DNA from: Camelus ferus
Taxonomy: Eukaryota
Assembly (NCBI RefSeq): GCF_009834535.1
Contig: NC_045696.1
Span: 105,836,001-105,900,000, forward strand
Direction: 5' to 3'
Length of the DNA: 64,000 nt
In this document: piece after piece, positions 13,150-26,300 of the stretch
How the letters are laid out: each line of letters opens with the position of its first letter
Position numbering within the stretch: the stretch's first letter is position 1
Translations under genes and position numbers: made by a program
Notes under the pieces: model-generated
The model's database searches: none
What the model was told of the DNA's origin: nothing
Seen by the model: the letters and a program-made list of their open reading frames with translations, nothing else

Positions 13150-14100
13150 AAATTCTAAGAAAATAAGCTCTCAAATATTCTGCTGGTAGGAGTGTAAAGG
13201 ATATATCCCATAGAGAGGGTAATTTGGCAATATTCTTCAAAATTACAAATACCTCTACCTATTGACCCAATAATTCTACTTCTAGGGATACATTCTGTAG
13301 TTACATTTTCATATGCAGAAAATGATATAAATTCAAGGTTGTTCACTGCAGCATTGTTTGTATATCGAAAGACTGGAAATAGTCTAAAAATATCCATCAG
13401 TAAGGGACTGATAAATATGGTATATCCTTACAATGGAACATTATATAGCCAGAAAATAGAATGCATACAGAATGAAATACTGTATCACAAGAATGAATAA
13501 AATACTGTTACATGCAGTAGTGTATGAATATCAAAACAATGTAGAGGAAACATAAAGCAAAAGAAGCCAAACACAAAAAAGAGCACACTGTATGAATCTA
13601 TTTAATTAAAGTTCAAAAAGAGGAAGAAGGAATCTGTAGAGATAGAAGCTGGGATAGTGGTTACTCCTAGTGGGGCAGGGCAGTGACTGAAAGGGGTCAC
13701 AAGTGGGTTCTGAGATATTTGTCAGGTTCTCGATTGATCTGGAAACTGGCCACACAGGTGTGTTCAGTTTGTGAAAATTTATGATGTAGGCAATTTTTTG
13801 TACATATTCTATATAGCAATTTAAGAAGAGTATATAAACTACAAGCACTCATATGAAACAACCTAATAGATATTATATGAAAAAAAGCAAACATGAGTCA
13901 AACACTTCCATATATGTTAAAAAATGGAGAAAATACACTTGTGCTTGCTTATATCTGCGTACATTACTTTGGAAGGATGCTCAAGAAACTGACAACATTG
14001 GTTGTCTGAGAAGAGATTCATAGCTGAGAGAAAGACTTATTGTGTGTTCGGTTGTACATTTTGGATTTCAAACCATGTGAATTTATTACTTATACAATGA
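13150..14100 (+). mobile_element. Old L1 (L1M-type) 3' remnants
   Basis: ttgacccaataattctacttctaggga, gttcactgcagcattgtttg, and degenerate ORF2-end/3'UTR motifs. Confidence 0.65.
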
Positions 14101-14152
14101 AAAGGAAGCACTCAAATTCTAAAACAGTAAAAAAGAAAATAAAAATTTTTAC

Positions 14153-14244
14153 TTTTTTTTTCTTTAATGGAATCACTGGGGATTGAATCCAGGACCTCAT
14201 GTGTGCTAAGCATGCACTCTACCACTGACCTACAACCTCCCTCC
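14153..14244 (-). mobile_element. Short Vic-1-like SINE
   Basis: Antisense body; perfect TSD agaaaataaaaatttt at 14134-14149 and 14245-14260. Confidence 0.9.
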
Positions 14245-14903
14245 AGAAAATAAAAATTTTGTGAGCCTGGGAAATACTTGAAAGTATTTAGAAAGAAGGA
14301 AAATAGGGGTAAAACACCAGATTATACAGTGAAGTAAAATTCAGAACTGAGTAATGGGGAAGTGGGGTTGTGGAAAACATTTGAATTTTCTAAAATTGGA
14401 CAGCTAGAACCTTTTCTTTATATTCACAACTTTAATCATGATTTAAAAACTATTCACAACTTGCTTTTTCCATTAAAGCTGCTATATTTATTAAAGGAAT
14501 ATGATAATACATATACTGGTTTTAACAGTAAGATATAAAAAACCTATGAAGAAAAAGATAACTCCCTCCCACCTAACCCCTCCTCTGTCAGCCCTCTGAA
14601 CTTTCCAATGTGATAAATTCTTCCACCCCTTTCTCTATGCCCACTTGAATATATACATAAATGGTCAGCAATATACTAACAGGATTATACCACTCTTTAT
14701 CATCCTGCAATTTGCATTTTCCACTTTAGCAATATATCATGGACATCCCTCTGCATCAATAAAAATAGTTCTCATTTTCATTATACAATATTGCATAGTA
14801 TGGAGGCAGTACAATTGGTTCATGTATTCCATTACTTATGGACAATCAGTTTGTTCCCAGTTTGTTTGTGTTAGTTTATACTACAAATAATATAATAAGC
14901 ATC

Positions 14904-15330
14904 TGTGTTAGTGTCCTGTGGCAACTTTAACAATTACCACAAACTGAGTGGCTTCAAACAATAGAAATTTATTCTCTCCCAGATCTGGAGTCCCAAAGTC
15001 TGAAATCAAGGGGTTGGCAGGCTCTGAGAATCTGTTCTGTGTCCCTCTCCCAGCAATCCTTGGCAGTCTTTGGCTTGTAGATGAATCACTCCCATCTCTG
15101 CCTCATTCTTCACATCACCTTTATCTTTGTGTCTCTATCTCAGATCTTTCTCTGCCTTTCTCTTGAAAGGATGCTTGTCGTTGGATTTAGGACCCACCCC
15201 AAATCTAGGATGATCTCATTTCAAGATCCTTAACTTAATTACATCTGTAAAGATCCTTTTTCCAAAAAAGGCTATGTTCACAGCTCCAGGTGGACATATC
15301 TTATGAGGGCCAACATTCAACCCACTACTG
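14904..15330 (-). mobile_element. MaLR LTR (MLT1B/C-like)
   Basis: taacaattaccacaaactgagtggcttcaaacaatagaaatttattctctc...tccttaacttaattacatctg...cattcaacccact. Confidence 0.8.
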
Positions 15331-16599
15331 TATCCTTGTGTACATCCTTGCATCTAGTATTTTCTTTTCCTCAGTTTTTCTGTAGGGCAGGTTTTATGTA
15401 TTTTTTGGTCTTTGGGAAGGTATATGTATTTTAAATTTTAATAGTTATGCCCAGATTACTCCTAGAGTTTATGGCAATTTACACTACCATCAGAGAGGAA
15501 CCAGGGCTTGTTTCTGAATGTATCATTGATTGGTTTTGTTAATATTTGCCAATTTAATGAGTGAAAAATGGATTACTGTTTTAATTTGCTTTTCCATGAT
15601 GGTTAATTAAATAAGTATCTTTTTAATGAACCATTTGGCTTTTCTCTTCCCATTAATTGCCTCAGAGTATACTTTGCCTATATTTTAAAAACATTGAGCT
15701 ATTCGGTTTTTGAAAAAGTCCATTTATAGAAACTCAAGTTAGAAATACAATGAGTTTGCTATGTTTTCTGCCACTCTATTTCTATTGTTTTTTAAGTTAT
15801 ATTACTGCTCTTTAAAAATTTACTCCGTTTTTGTTCTGTATATTTTTATGTCTTTAACTCTCTTGAAACATATTTTTGAATATGATATGGTTCCAGATTT
15901 GATATTATGAATAGTCAATTAAACCAGGATCATTTATCAAATAAACTATTCTCTTCTCACAGGACTGTATGCCACCTTTGCTTTATATTAAGTTCTACTT
16001 AAGATTCCATCCCAGACTACTCAACTATTTGCCTGCGCTATTGCAGTAGCAATTAGTTACAGTAACTTTACAATATAGTAACTTTACAAAAAGTTAAAAT
16101 TTTGGTTTTCAGTAAGAGAAATTCAAGTGTGCCGCTAAGAATGAGGACCATGAAATTTCCTGGTTGAGTGCAAAGATAACAGGAGATAAGGTATGCGAAA
16201 AAGGCTGGGTAAACTGTAAGGCTCTGCAGATAAATGTTAGTTGTTATCACAAGACTGAACACACAGAAGAAAAATCTTGGGCTTGGAAGGCTGGACTTTT
16301 GCTTTTATGACCAGTGCAGGGATTAGAAAGGCCAGCTGTGGAATAGCAGACCTAGCAGCCCCACTCCCAGAACAGGAGTGACAGAGAAGGGGGAAAAGCA
16401 AAATGCTGTAGCCAGGAATCGTTCAAAGTGCAGAACTGGGGAGAGTGACTGGGGAGAGAAATCCAGCAAGGAAACCTAGGAACACAGGCGTCTCTCGGAG
16501 GAAGCTACGAGGCCGGGGCAGGAGGTGGGTCTCTCCTGAAGGAAGCTTGCTGAGGATTCCTGATCCCTTGTCCTCTGGGAGCCACAAAGAGGAGCAAGA

Positions 16600-17460
16600 G
16601 TTACCGCACAGCAACGACACGGCCGGGCAAGTATCCGGAGAGGAATAGGCGGCGGTTCAGCCTCTCTTCCCGCGGGGCCCTGCTGGGCCCAGCAGGACCT
16701 GGCTCGAAGGTCGGGGATTGGCCAGAGCGGCGCGCGGGGCGGGGCGAGGGCTGCTGGAAGGCGGGCACGCGCTGGGGCGCGGACGCGGGCACGGCGGCGG
16801 CGCGCGCGTGCTCCGTCGGTTGGTGCGGCGACGGCGGCGGCAGTGGCGGAGTGGGCCATGGCAGTCGGCGGCGGGCTGGTGTAGCGCCGCGCGGGGCAGG
16901 GGGGCGGCGACTGAGAGGCGGGGATGGGGGCGCCGCAGCTGGACCGTCGCTGTGGCCTGGGTTGCTGACCGCGCACTCGGAGCCAGGAGCCGGCGGCGGC
17001 GGAGCTCCGGGCAGGTGAGTACGGCGGCGCGGGACCCGGATGCGGCGCGGCTGAGGGGCGGCGCCGTCGCGGCGGGCCGCTGAGGTGCCCCCGCGCGGGC
17101 TGGCGGCGCGCTCTTGCCCGCCACTGCCTGCGGCGCCGGCTGCTTGGCTGCCCGCGCCGCGCTTCCTGCCGGCGCCGAAGACACCGGCCCGCCGGCCCGC
17201 GGGGGCGCCTCGCTCGCCTGCGGCCCTCCCGGGGCTCTCCAAGGTGAGAGGCGCTCCTCGGCTTCCGGGCGGCAGAGACGCGGCCGGGCGCCCGGGTCTG
17301 CCGGCACTTTGGGTCGCGTTCCTGAGGAGCGTCTGGGGAGAGGCGGCGTCCTCGCCCCCTGCGTCTGTGGTGAAACCGCGGAGCTCCCGACCCTCAGGTG
17401 CCTTTTTGCGCAGAGTGTATTTTAGGGGCGGGGATCCTGGACTGTTGGGGTATGTATAGT
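16600..17460 (+). promoter_or_regulatory. CpG-island promoter of an unidentified + strand gene
   Basis: Very high GC and CpG density against an AT-rich, CpG-depleted background. Inverted CCAAT box (ATTGG ~16718), GC box GGGGCGGGGC (16736-16745), GGC runs, and a consensus splice donor at 17015. Confidence 0.9.
16800..17014 (+). other. Probable first (5'UTR) exon; start approximate
   Basis: Lies downstream of the CCAAT and GC boxes and ends at CAG|GTGAGT (donor 17015-17020). Both ATGs inside it (16858, 16924) close within the exon, so it appears non-coding. Confidence 0.7.
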
Positions 17461-18817
17461 CGTGTTTTCAAATCCCAACGCCGCCACTGAACAGCCCTGG
17501 GGCCTTGGGCCAGAGTGTCCGGATTTGTTAATGGGAATAATACATGCATCGTAGGGTTATTGTGAAGCTAGGACCAGATGATGTGCATGACCGAATAGCG
17601 AATGCTCGGTAAATGGTAGGCTGTTAGGAGTAACTCTGCTGCAGCGTCTTCCCTTGCTAGCTATTGCTGATTCCCGTCTACGGCTGTACTTTTGGGGGGC
17701 ACATTTGTTTCCGAAGTGCTTTGATGTTGCAATAACCTCCCCTAGAGGTGCTTAATGTTGGAGCTTGTTATATTACAGTGGCTGAAGTAGAATCCTATAG
17801 TCTCATCCTTGAATCCTGGAGTCTCTTTTTTCGCAAAGGCTGCCTTGAGTACATGTCTCAGGTACCGAGTGGGAATTGCTGTTGAAATAAAACTGAGCGA
17901 ATTTAGGATTCGCTTAGGATGGAAGATGGTGGGACACACAAACTTTTGAAGTGCTTTGCTGTTTAAATAATCTTAAGTGACACTTAAACTCTGTCACTTG
18001 TTACAGAGTATAAACACAGAAGAATATGGAAACAGGCTCCTTTTTCTGCATTGCTACATCCGAAGGGAGTGACAAGTGCTTTTGTAAACATCATTGTGGG
18101 CAGTGTTACTGTCTGGTGAAGTCATCATGATTAAATTAGATGAGTATTTATTTTGAAGCACTGAATGGATGTTTAGAAATATGATTCCTAATAAAATCAT
18201 CTCCAACGAGTCAGAATTCTCAGCAGTTCATTAATCATTTGGGGATTTTTCGGCTATGCTGTAAGATTTTCATGGTAAAAGCAGAACATGCATATGGTAA
18301 AAGCAGAACATGATAATGTAGCAGAGGAGAGGGTGGTCAGGATAAAGATCTTAACCCAGTTTCAGAAGGCAGTTGTGGAACAAAGTAAGAATCTTAAGCT
18401 TTAAACTGGAATTGTATTCGCTAAAGCAAAAATGACTAAACCCCCAAAGGTTTGTTATACACCCTCTGATTCACATTCTGATGAGGGTCTTCTTCCTTCA
18501 GGGTGTTTTTCAGAAATAGAGAAAATTGAGTTGGTTTTTGATTTGCTGCCATTTTGCACCTCTTGCCTATATTTGGTGGTTTTCTTAGAGACTCATCCAT
18601 AAAGGCTTTTGATCCAACTTGCTTTGTGAATGTAAACAAAATACAAAGAAAAAATTAAAAATTAACCTTGTAGTCTAAATTATGTTCTTCCTTGTAGTTT
18701 AATTGTGTTCTTCCTAAATTAGGATCTTCCCTGTTACCTAACTTTAAACTGGCGAACCCAGCAGGAGAAGCACTGCTAGCCACAGTGAAAAGGCTAGGGG
18801 TCAGAATTCACATCTGA

Positions 18818-18979
18818 GGGAGGGGAGGGTATAGCTCAAGTGGTAGTGCTGGCTTAGCATGCACAAGGTCCTGGGTTCAATCCCTGGTACCTCCTCTATC
18901 AATCAGTCAATAAACAAATAAACCTAATTACCCCCCACAAATCTAATAAAAAATAAAAATAATAAAAAGCGTTAAAAAA
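18818..18979 (+). mobile_element. Vic-1-like SINE inserted into a MIR-like remnant
   Basis: ggggagggtatagctcaagtggtag...gggttcaatccc; degenerate TSD aga...acatct.agg. Confidence 0.9.
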
Positions 18980-19199
18980 GAGTTACATCTTAGGCCTGGT
19001 CTTGGGTCTCAAATAGCTGGGACTTTGGGGATGTCACCCAGTTTTCCTGGGCCTCACCTTTTTTATCTATAGAATTTGAGAGTGTGTGTCCGAGGGTGGT
19101 GATGGATTAGAGAATCACATTATATAAAGGAACCTTCCAGGTGCTATGCTTTTATGGTTTTCCTTCTCTTCACTCTCTTTATCTCTTTTGTTGACTTTT

Positions 19200-20005
19200 T
19201 CTTCTCTTCCTGAGTTCAAAACATCCTAATGCCTCAGGGCTTCCAAGCCTGTACCTCTACTTTTTCCTACCTGTACTCTCTCTTGGTGATCTCATCTTTT
19301 GCTGTGGTTTAAATACTATCTGTGTTGTTGATGCTCAGATTTTTATCTCCAGTCCTGAACTTCAAATTTCTTCTACCTGCCTGCATATCATCATTCTTTG
19401 TCTGTCTTAAACTTAACATGTTCAAAGTAGAGCTCTTGATTTCCATTCTTCATGGAGACTGTTCCTTCCCCAGCAGTCTCCATTTCATAAGAGCACTCCT
19501 CTGCCCTCTCTTCCACAAAGTGAAAAATCTGGTGGCCGTCCTTAATTCATCCCTTTGCCTCACTGCTCTCCCACCCCCACACACAACCAGTACTTCAGCA
19601 AACCCTGTTGATTTTGTCTCCAAAATATATCCCGAATATATTTACTCCACTTTGTTTTTATTGCCCCCATGCCAGTTCTTCCTGGGTAGTATCTTCCTAA
19701 CTGGTCTCCTTGCCTTTGGTCTTGCGCTCCTGCAGTCCGTTTTCAAACAGCAGTCAGAGTGATCTTCACTTACTTTCCCGGCTCCAGTGGCTTCTTGTCA
19801 CACTAAGAAATAAATCCAAACTCTTTACCTGCATTATCAGCTAATTATCTTGTTTATTTTTCTTGTTCACTTGTTTATGGTCTTTTCCCTCCAACATACT
19901 ATAAGCTCTTTGATGTCAGGAACCTGTCTTCCTTGGGGTATTCTCAATAACTAGAATGATGTCTGGACATTTAACTAGTGCTGAATGAACACATGTGTGA
20001 ATGAA
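19200..20005. mobile_element. L2 remnant
   Basis: ggtgatctcatc...ggtttaaatac, cttaaacttaacatgttcaaa, cctaactggtctccttgc, and a tgaatgaa end. Confidence 0.7.
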
Positions 20006-21619
20006 ATAGGTTATGAAATCTTCTGATTCCAAGTGTAATATGTACTGAACACATTTGGCTCTTTTTTTGGTCCCAGATTTGTGCAAATGAGAAAGTAGTC
20101 ACAGGGCCTAGAGTTATTCTATTAAGTATCCTTACTCTCTCAGTCTTCGTTAAGGTACTATAGCTCCTGAAAAGGTTACACACTTAGACATTAAGCCTTT
20201 GATAACAAAAATATGGATTTTGTCCATTGTGTACTGGATCATTAGTATTTTTGTGAGTAAGGAACCAAATGAGCGTTCCAGCCTTGTTTTGTTCTTTAGA
20301 GGCATTAAATTTTGGTTTTGACTGGAGGAGACTGGTTCTAGAATGTGACAGTTTAATCAAGTATTGCATATGAAATCCTACATAGTAGCAGTTGGAATTT
20401 TGACAGAGAGCAGGTGTTTTTATTTCAATTACACTATTTTTTCTGAATCTGAATACACCCCCCCATCTCCTCCTCTTGCTTATGTGCATTTACGTATGTA
20501 TCTTCTGACCGTTTGATTCAGTTATCATATCTTACCATATCTTGGGGCTAAAACCCTATCATTTGGCTTCTATTAACTGCTTTCTTGCAAGCTTTGTTAT
20601 TGTAGAAAGAGGCGAATAATTTAGGCTTTTCCCCTTGCTTGAGACCAAGTCTCTGTAGCATTGAAGACTATCTAGCAGATTTGTGAACAAAGAGGGTATG
20701 GAAAAAATCACTGTAGTATTTCATCATCAAAGTAGGTAATAGGAAGAAATACTGGAGAAGGAAAACCTAGACTAGAAGAATACTACTACTCACTGAACAT
20801 TTAGTAGAAGAGAAGAAAAGGAAGATTAGGGAGAATACCATAGATTTCAGGCTTGTATGGGGCAATTTCCCTTCTCGCTCCTTTTTACTTCTTGTACCCC
20901 TTTCCAAATTTTGACACTTGGATTATTTTCCCTCTGCCCCGTTTCCATTCCCTTATTTCTATGTGCTGTTTTTCTGAGGAGTACCTATGCGCCCTTGGTA
21001 GTCCCATGTCTGCTGGAACACCTTGTGTAAGAGGAAGCTATCCTTTCTTGACAAGACCTTTCTTCTTTATCATAATCTAAGTCTGACTTTCTGGATTTTT
21101 CCAGCCATTGGGTCCCGCTTTACCCTGTAGAATGGCTCTAAACTGGTGCACTTCTGTTTTTAGTTGTTGTTGTCTCATACATTCCATGGTAGCCTTTATG
21201 TTATCATCTCCAGGTTAAATAATTCTGAGTGACAAGCTTCTAATTGACAGGAAAAATGAAAGGGATTGGATGTACGGTTGGGTGTGTATAGTGTGTTACC
21301 TACCAGTTGCTCTGATAATGCAGATTGCATATCTCTCATTTAGATCTTTCTTTTTCTGAGTCAGTAGACTTTTTTTTTGTAATGAAAAGGCATTTCTTAA
21401 AAGGGGAGTGACATTGTATTTTTAAAATTTAAAAAAAGAAACTTTTTCATGTATATTCTTATGAGTTTTAACACATGCATAGATTCTTGTAACTACCACC
21501 ACCACCAGCAGTATACAGAATATCCAACACCCCAAAGAATTCCCTCATGTTATCCCTTTGCAGTCAACCTCTCCTTCATTTTTTCCATTATTTTATTTTT
21601 TGGGGGGAAGCAATTAGCC

Positions 21620-22988
21620 TTTTTTTAAATTGAAGTATAGTCAGTTACAATGTGTCAATTTCTGGTATATAGCATAATGTCCCAGTCATGCATATATATA
21701 CATATATTCATTTTCATATTCTTTATTATTAAAGGTTGTTATAAGATATTGAATATAGTTCCCTGTGCTATACAGAAGAAATTTGTTTTTTAATCTATTT
21801 TTATATATAGTGGTTATCATTTGCAAATCTCAATCTCACATATTTGTCCCTTCCCACCCCCTTTCCCTTGGTAACCATAAGATTTACTATGTCTGCGATT
21901 CTGTTTCTGTTTTGTAGATAAGTTCATTAGTGTCTTCTTTTTTCTTTTCTTTCTTTCTTTTTTTATTTTCAGATTCCACATCTGCGTGGTATACGGTATT
22001 TTTCTCTCTTTCTGGCTTATTTCACTCAGAATGATGATCTCCATATCCATCCATATTGCTGCAAATGGCATTATGTTATTCTTTTTAATGGCTGGGTAGT
22101 ATTCCATTATATAAATATACCACAACTTCTTTATCCAGTCATTTGTCAATGGACATTTAGGTTGCTTCCATGTCTTGGCTATTGTATATAGTGCTGCTAT
22201 GAACATTGGGGTGCATGTATCTTTTTAAATTAGAGTTCCCTCCAGATATGCCCAGGAGGGGGATTGCTAGATCATAGGGTAAGTCTATTTTTAGTTTTTT
22301 GAGGAATCTCCATACTGTTTTCCATAATGGCTGCACCAAACTACATTCCCACCAACAGTGTAGGAGGGTTCCCTTTTCTCCACACCCACTCCAGCATTTA
22401 TCATTTGTGTACCTTTGAATAATAGCCATTCTGACTGGTATGAGGTGATACCTCATTGTAGTTTTCATTTGCATTTCTCTGATAATTAGCGATATTGAGC
22501 ATTTTTTCATGTGCCTATTGGCCATTTATATGTCTTCATTGGAGAATTGCTTGTTTAGTTCTTCTACCCATTTTTGGATTGGATTGTTGGGGTTTTTTGT
22601 TAATAAGTGGTATGAGCTGTTTATATATCTGGAAATTAAACCTTTGTCAGTTGCATCATTTGTAAATATCTCTTCTATTTCATAGATTGTCATTTTGTTT
22701 TGCTTATGGTTTCCTTTGCTGTGTAAGAGCTTACAAATTTAATTAGGTCCCATTTGTTTATTTTTGCCTTTATTTCTATTGCCTGGGTAGACTGCCATAG
22801 GAGATCATTGCTAAGATTTATGTCAGAGAATGTTTTGCCTATGTTTTCTTCTAGGAGGTTTAGTGTCTTGTCTTGTATTTAAGTCTTTAAGCCATTTTGA
22901 GTTTATTTTTGTGTATGGTATGAGGGAGTGTTCTAACTTCATTGATTTACATGCTGCTGTCCAGGTTTCCCAACACCACTTGCTGAAG
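21620..22988 (-). mobile_element. 5'-truncated L1 (ORF2 C-terminus plus 3'UTR), lineage-specific
   Basis: Minus-strand ORFs give [37 protein letters not shown] and [20 protein letters not shown] (L1 ORF2 C-terminal region), followed by 3'UTR and A tail. Confidence 0.95.
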
Positions 22989-23336
22989 CTCCCCTTCATT
23001 TTTAACACTTGGACTTGTTTTTTAAAGAGAAAATTTCTCATGGATAGAACATATTGAAACTTGGAATAAGTGGATAATTGACCAACCTAATTGTTGGATT
23101 TCTTTTAGAAATAAAAGTGAACGAATTCCAATCTTCAACATAATGGATTTACATGCAATAAAATAGTAAACCTTCTAGATGGAGAAAATTTTTTTTAAGT
23201 TTATTACAATTGTTACTGTTGTTGTTTTTTCTTGACTACACACCAGCTGTGGCACTCTGTCCACCTGTGGTTATTAAGGGTCCCTGTAGGACGTGCTTCC
23301 TCTCTATGTCCCTTGTGCCTCTTAAACAGTAGGCTC

Positions 23337-23398
23337 TTTTTTTTTTTTAATGGAGGTACTGGGGATGTGTTCTACCACTGAGCTCTTTCCCTTCTCCC
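23337..23398 (-). mobile_element. Internally deleted Vic-1-like SINE
   Basis: tggaggtactggggat joined directly to tgttctaccactgagct. Confidence 0.7.
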
Positions 23399-26300
23399 AG
23401 AGAAATGTTTTAAAAGATTTTCAATTAAAAATTATTGTGTAACTTCTGGAACCTGTCAAGTGAGGCAAATCCCATAATTTCAAGTTACAGTAGGGACTAT
23501 TTATCAGAGAAATTTGAGGGATAAGTCTGTGATGAAATCATCACATACCTTCTCATCCTTTGATAAACCTGGAATTCGTATTTACGGCAGTCGCAAGGTA
23601 AACTAGGATAAGCTGGAGATTAATTTTGTTATGATTATGTTATGAAGTCTCAGCTTTTCTCCTTGCTTTCTTTCTAGCATTGTCACTTTGTTCTAGCCTA
23701 TCCATTTTATTCCAGCACTTAGTTGTGTTAATTTCTTCAACTTTCTTAAGGATTGAAGGGAGGATGTTTACCTGTATAGCTAAGTTGTATTGCACAAGTA
23801 GCTTTCCATTATTCAGTCAGCTTGTTTCCAGCCTAAAGCTGTCAATAATCTAGAAATTCGCTCGTTTCCTCAAAAAATGTACAAATCCTTCCTCTGAGTC
23901 CTGGCTCCAGGATCTACCTATCTTTCCCTCACCTCTTCACCAAGAATGTTTTATTTCCTTATTTCCTCGAATATTTAAAATAGGTCACCTGAAGTTATTA
24001 TCAGTTGACCCTTTGGGAGTATTTACTGCTGAAATAAAGAACATTAATCTGGCAGTCCCCTGTGTTGTGGTATTGGCTACAGCACAGGTCAGTGGCTCAC
24101 AATCTGCTGCTGCAAACCCGGAAGGGACTGCCACATCCCTGGCCCTGTAGTTTATCTCCTGCTGCTTTGGCTCCTTGGGAGACCACCAGGCAAATGCTCA
24201 TTTGCCTTCAATGGAAATGCGATCCTGATTATCCATGCCTTTAGGAAGAGGATTATGTGGATTAAAAGAAATCCATGGGTAATCCAGAAGCTTTATTTAA
24301 ACTGCAGTTTAACCACATTCCTGATCATAGTTTTCCCTTGCATTTCTAATAATTAATTTATTATGCTTACCAATTTCATATCTATCTTCTACTATTTAGA
24401 GGTAATGGCAGTTGGGAAGTAAAGAAAATATGGGAGGGGTCAAAGGAGTTATATAATTTACAGGCATTGCCCCACGTAACTTGGTGTTTACTGGGTGGTT
24501 TAACCACAGTGCTTACTAGACCTTGAAGACCTGGATTCCATGAATTCTTTACCTGCTGAGCCACTGGAAGAAATTTGAAGTGACTGTCAACAAGAGGTCA
24601 AACTCCCTTTTGAGATATTTGTAATTTACTATCTTAAATGATTGAGCTTTTGTGATTTAAGTGAGTATTTCAGATTGTCAGAATTATAAGTTTACTGCAA
24701 TTTGAAATTCTCTTTAATATTTATTTAATCATTTAAACTGTTGACCATTTTCACAGGAATTAAACTGAAGACCTGCTATTTGAAATAGAGGTGCTCAGTT
24801 TTTGTAGCCAGGCCACTAATTACTGTCTCCAGCAAGTTACTTACATGTAGTTTAGTTACACAGTAGTTAATTTCTATTAAATAGTTGAAGTATGGTCATT
24901 TAAAATTGCTTATTCTTGAACTACTGATTTGGTGTAGGTCTTACATTTAGACATTATTAAAATGGATGTTTTCCTCTAACTTTATAAATCATTACAATTT
25001 GCTACCTTTATGTTACTGAACAAAGATTTATCTAGAACTTATCTCTGCAGTTGTATATTTTCATAAGTTAGGTTCCATATTTATCAGTTATGTAGACATC
25101 ATTCCTCTAATTAAAATTCATTACAGTTAATTACTGGAGGCATGTCCTGGGGAGAACCAGCTGGAATTCTCTTAACGTGCTTTTTTTTTGCACTGTGAGC
25201 CTAAGGAAACATCCGTAGGAGAAGACAGTTGTTGGTTTTGGACAACGTTGTAATCAATTATAATTATTTCATTTTTGATCTTTTGTTGGTTGTGGAAATT
25301 TCACATTTTCATTGGAAATCATTAGTTTTAACTTTTGATGTACTTCACTCACCATTCCATTATTAAATTATTAAGCTGTTTTGTAACTAACTGAGAGGCT
25401 TCTGTGTTTCAGGTTTTTATTCTGCCTACAGGGAGTGTCTACTCTGTGTGTGTGTGTGAGATAGAGAACTGTATATGCCATACCAACCCGCAATAAGTAC
25501 TTTTTACCTTTAACTTGTGAAGAATTCATTATCTTCTCCTAGAGCCCTAGGCAGTTATTTTTTAACCAATGATTTCTTTAACTATATGTATTCTGTATAT
25601 TGTTACCTGCTTTTACATAAAAATATATAAATTTTTCAAAGAATATATATAAAGTCAATTAAAGCTGTGGCTGTCAATATAGCATATTAGAAAAACTCCT
25701 CTGAGACTTACTATATAGAATTAGACTATGATCATAGATAACATTATTGAATGCTCACCTGTATGTCAGGTTATGCTAAGCATTTTTTCCATATTATTCA
25801 TTTTAGGTTCATAACAAACTTGTAATGAAGGTACTAATGATATCAAAAGGAAGCAATTTTCCAGTCATTTAACCATTAACTGTCTTTCACTCACTACTCC
25901 TAAACAAGTTTCTATGTATATAGTCCGGTTATATGGATAAGAGTTAAGAGTTAAACAATGAATTAGTTACATGATATAGTATGCCTTTGTTTTGGATGTA
26001 AGATAAGCTTTTCCTTTTCCCTTGGTGTTACAATTAGACTGTGGTTTTGTGGTTTGTCATATATATGCAAGTAACGAAAATGCTTAATGTGTGTATGACC
26101 TTGCATAGTTAGAGGTTGTAGTCAGCTTGTGTAGATCATCTTTACAGTTTTCAAATAAGAAAACACAAAGTATTTGTTCCCTCTTCTGCTCAGGTAATTT
26201 GTTTGGGTGGTGTATTAAAACATGTTTGCTAAGCTTGATCCTAAAGCATTGGGAATAAAGGAAGGTAGACATAAATTTACTGTTGAATAAGTGAACCAGT

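Noticed and set aside
16476..17459. Long overlapping ORFs (103-216 aa) on both strands
   Set aside because: Ala/Arg/Pro/Gly-rich products expected from stop-poor CpG-island DNA; no recognisable domain, and they ignore the splice donor.
23528..23545. Inverted repeat tgtgatga-aa-tcatcaca containing a C-box word
   Set aside because: 8-bp arms are expected by chance in 64 kb, and there is no suitably placed D box.
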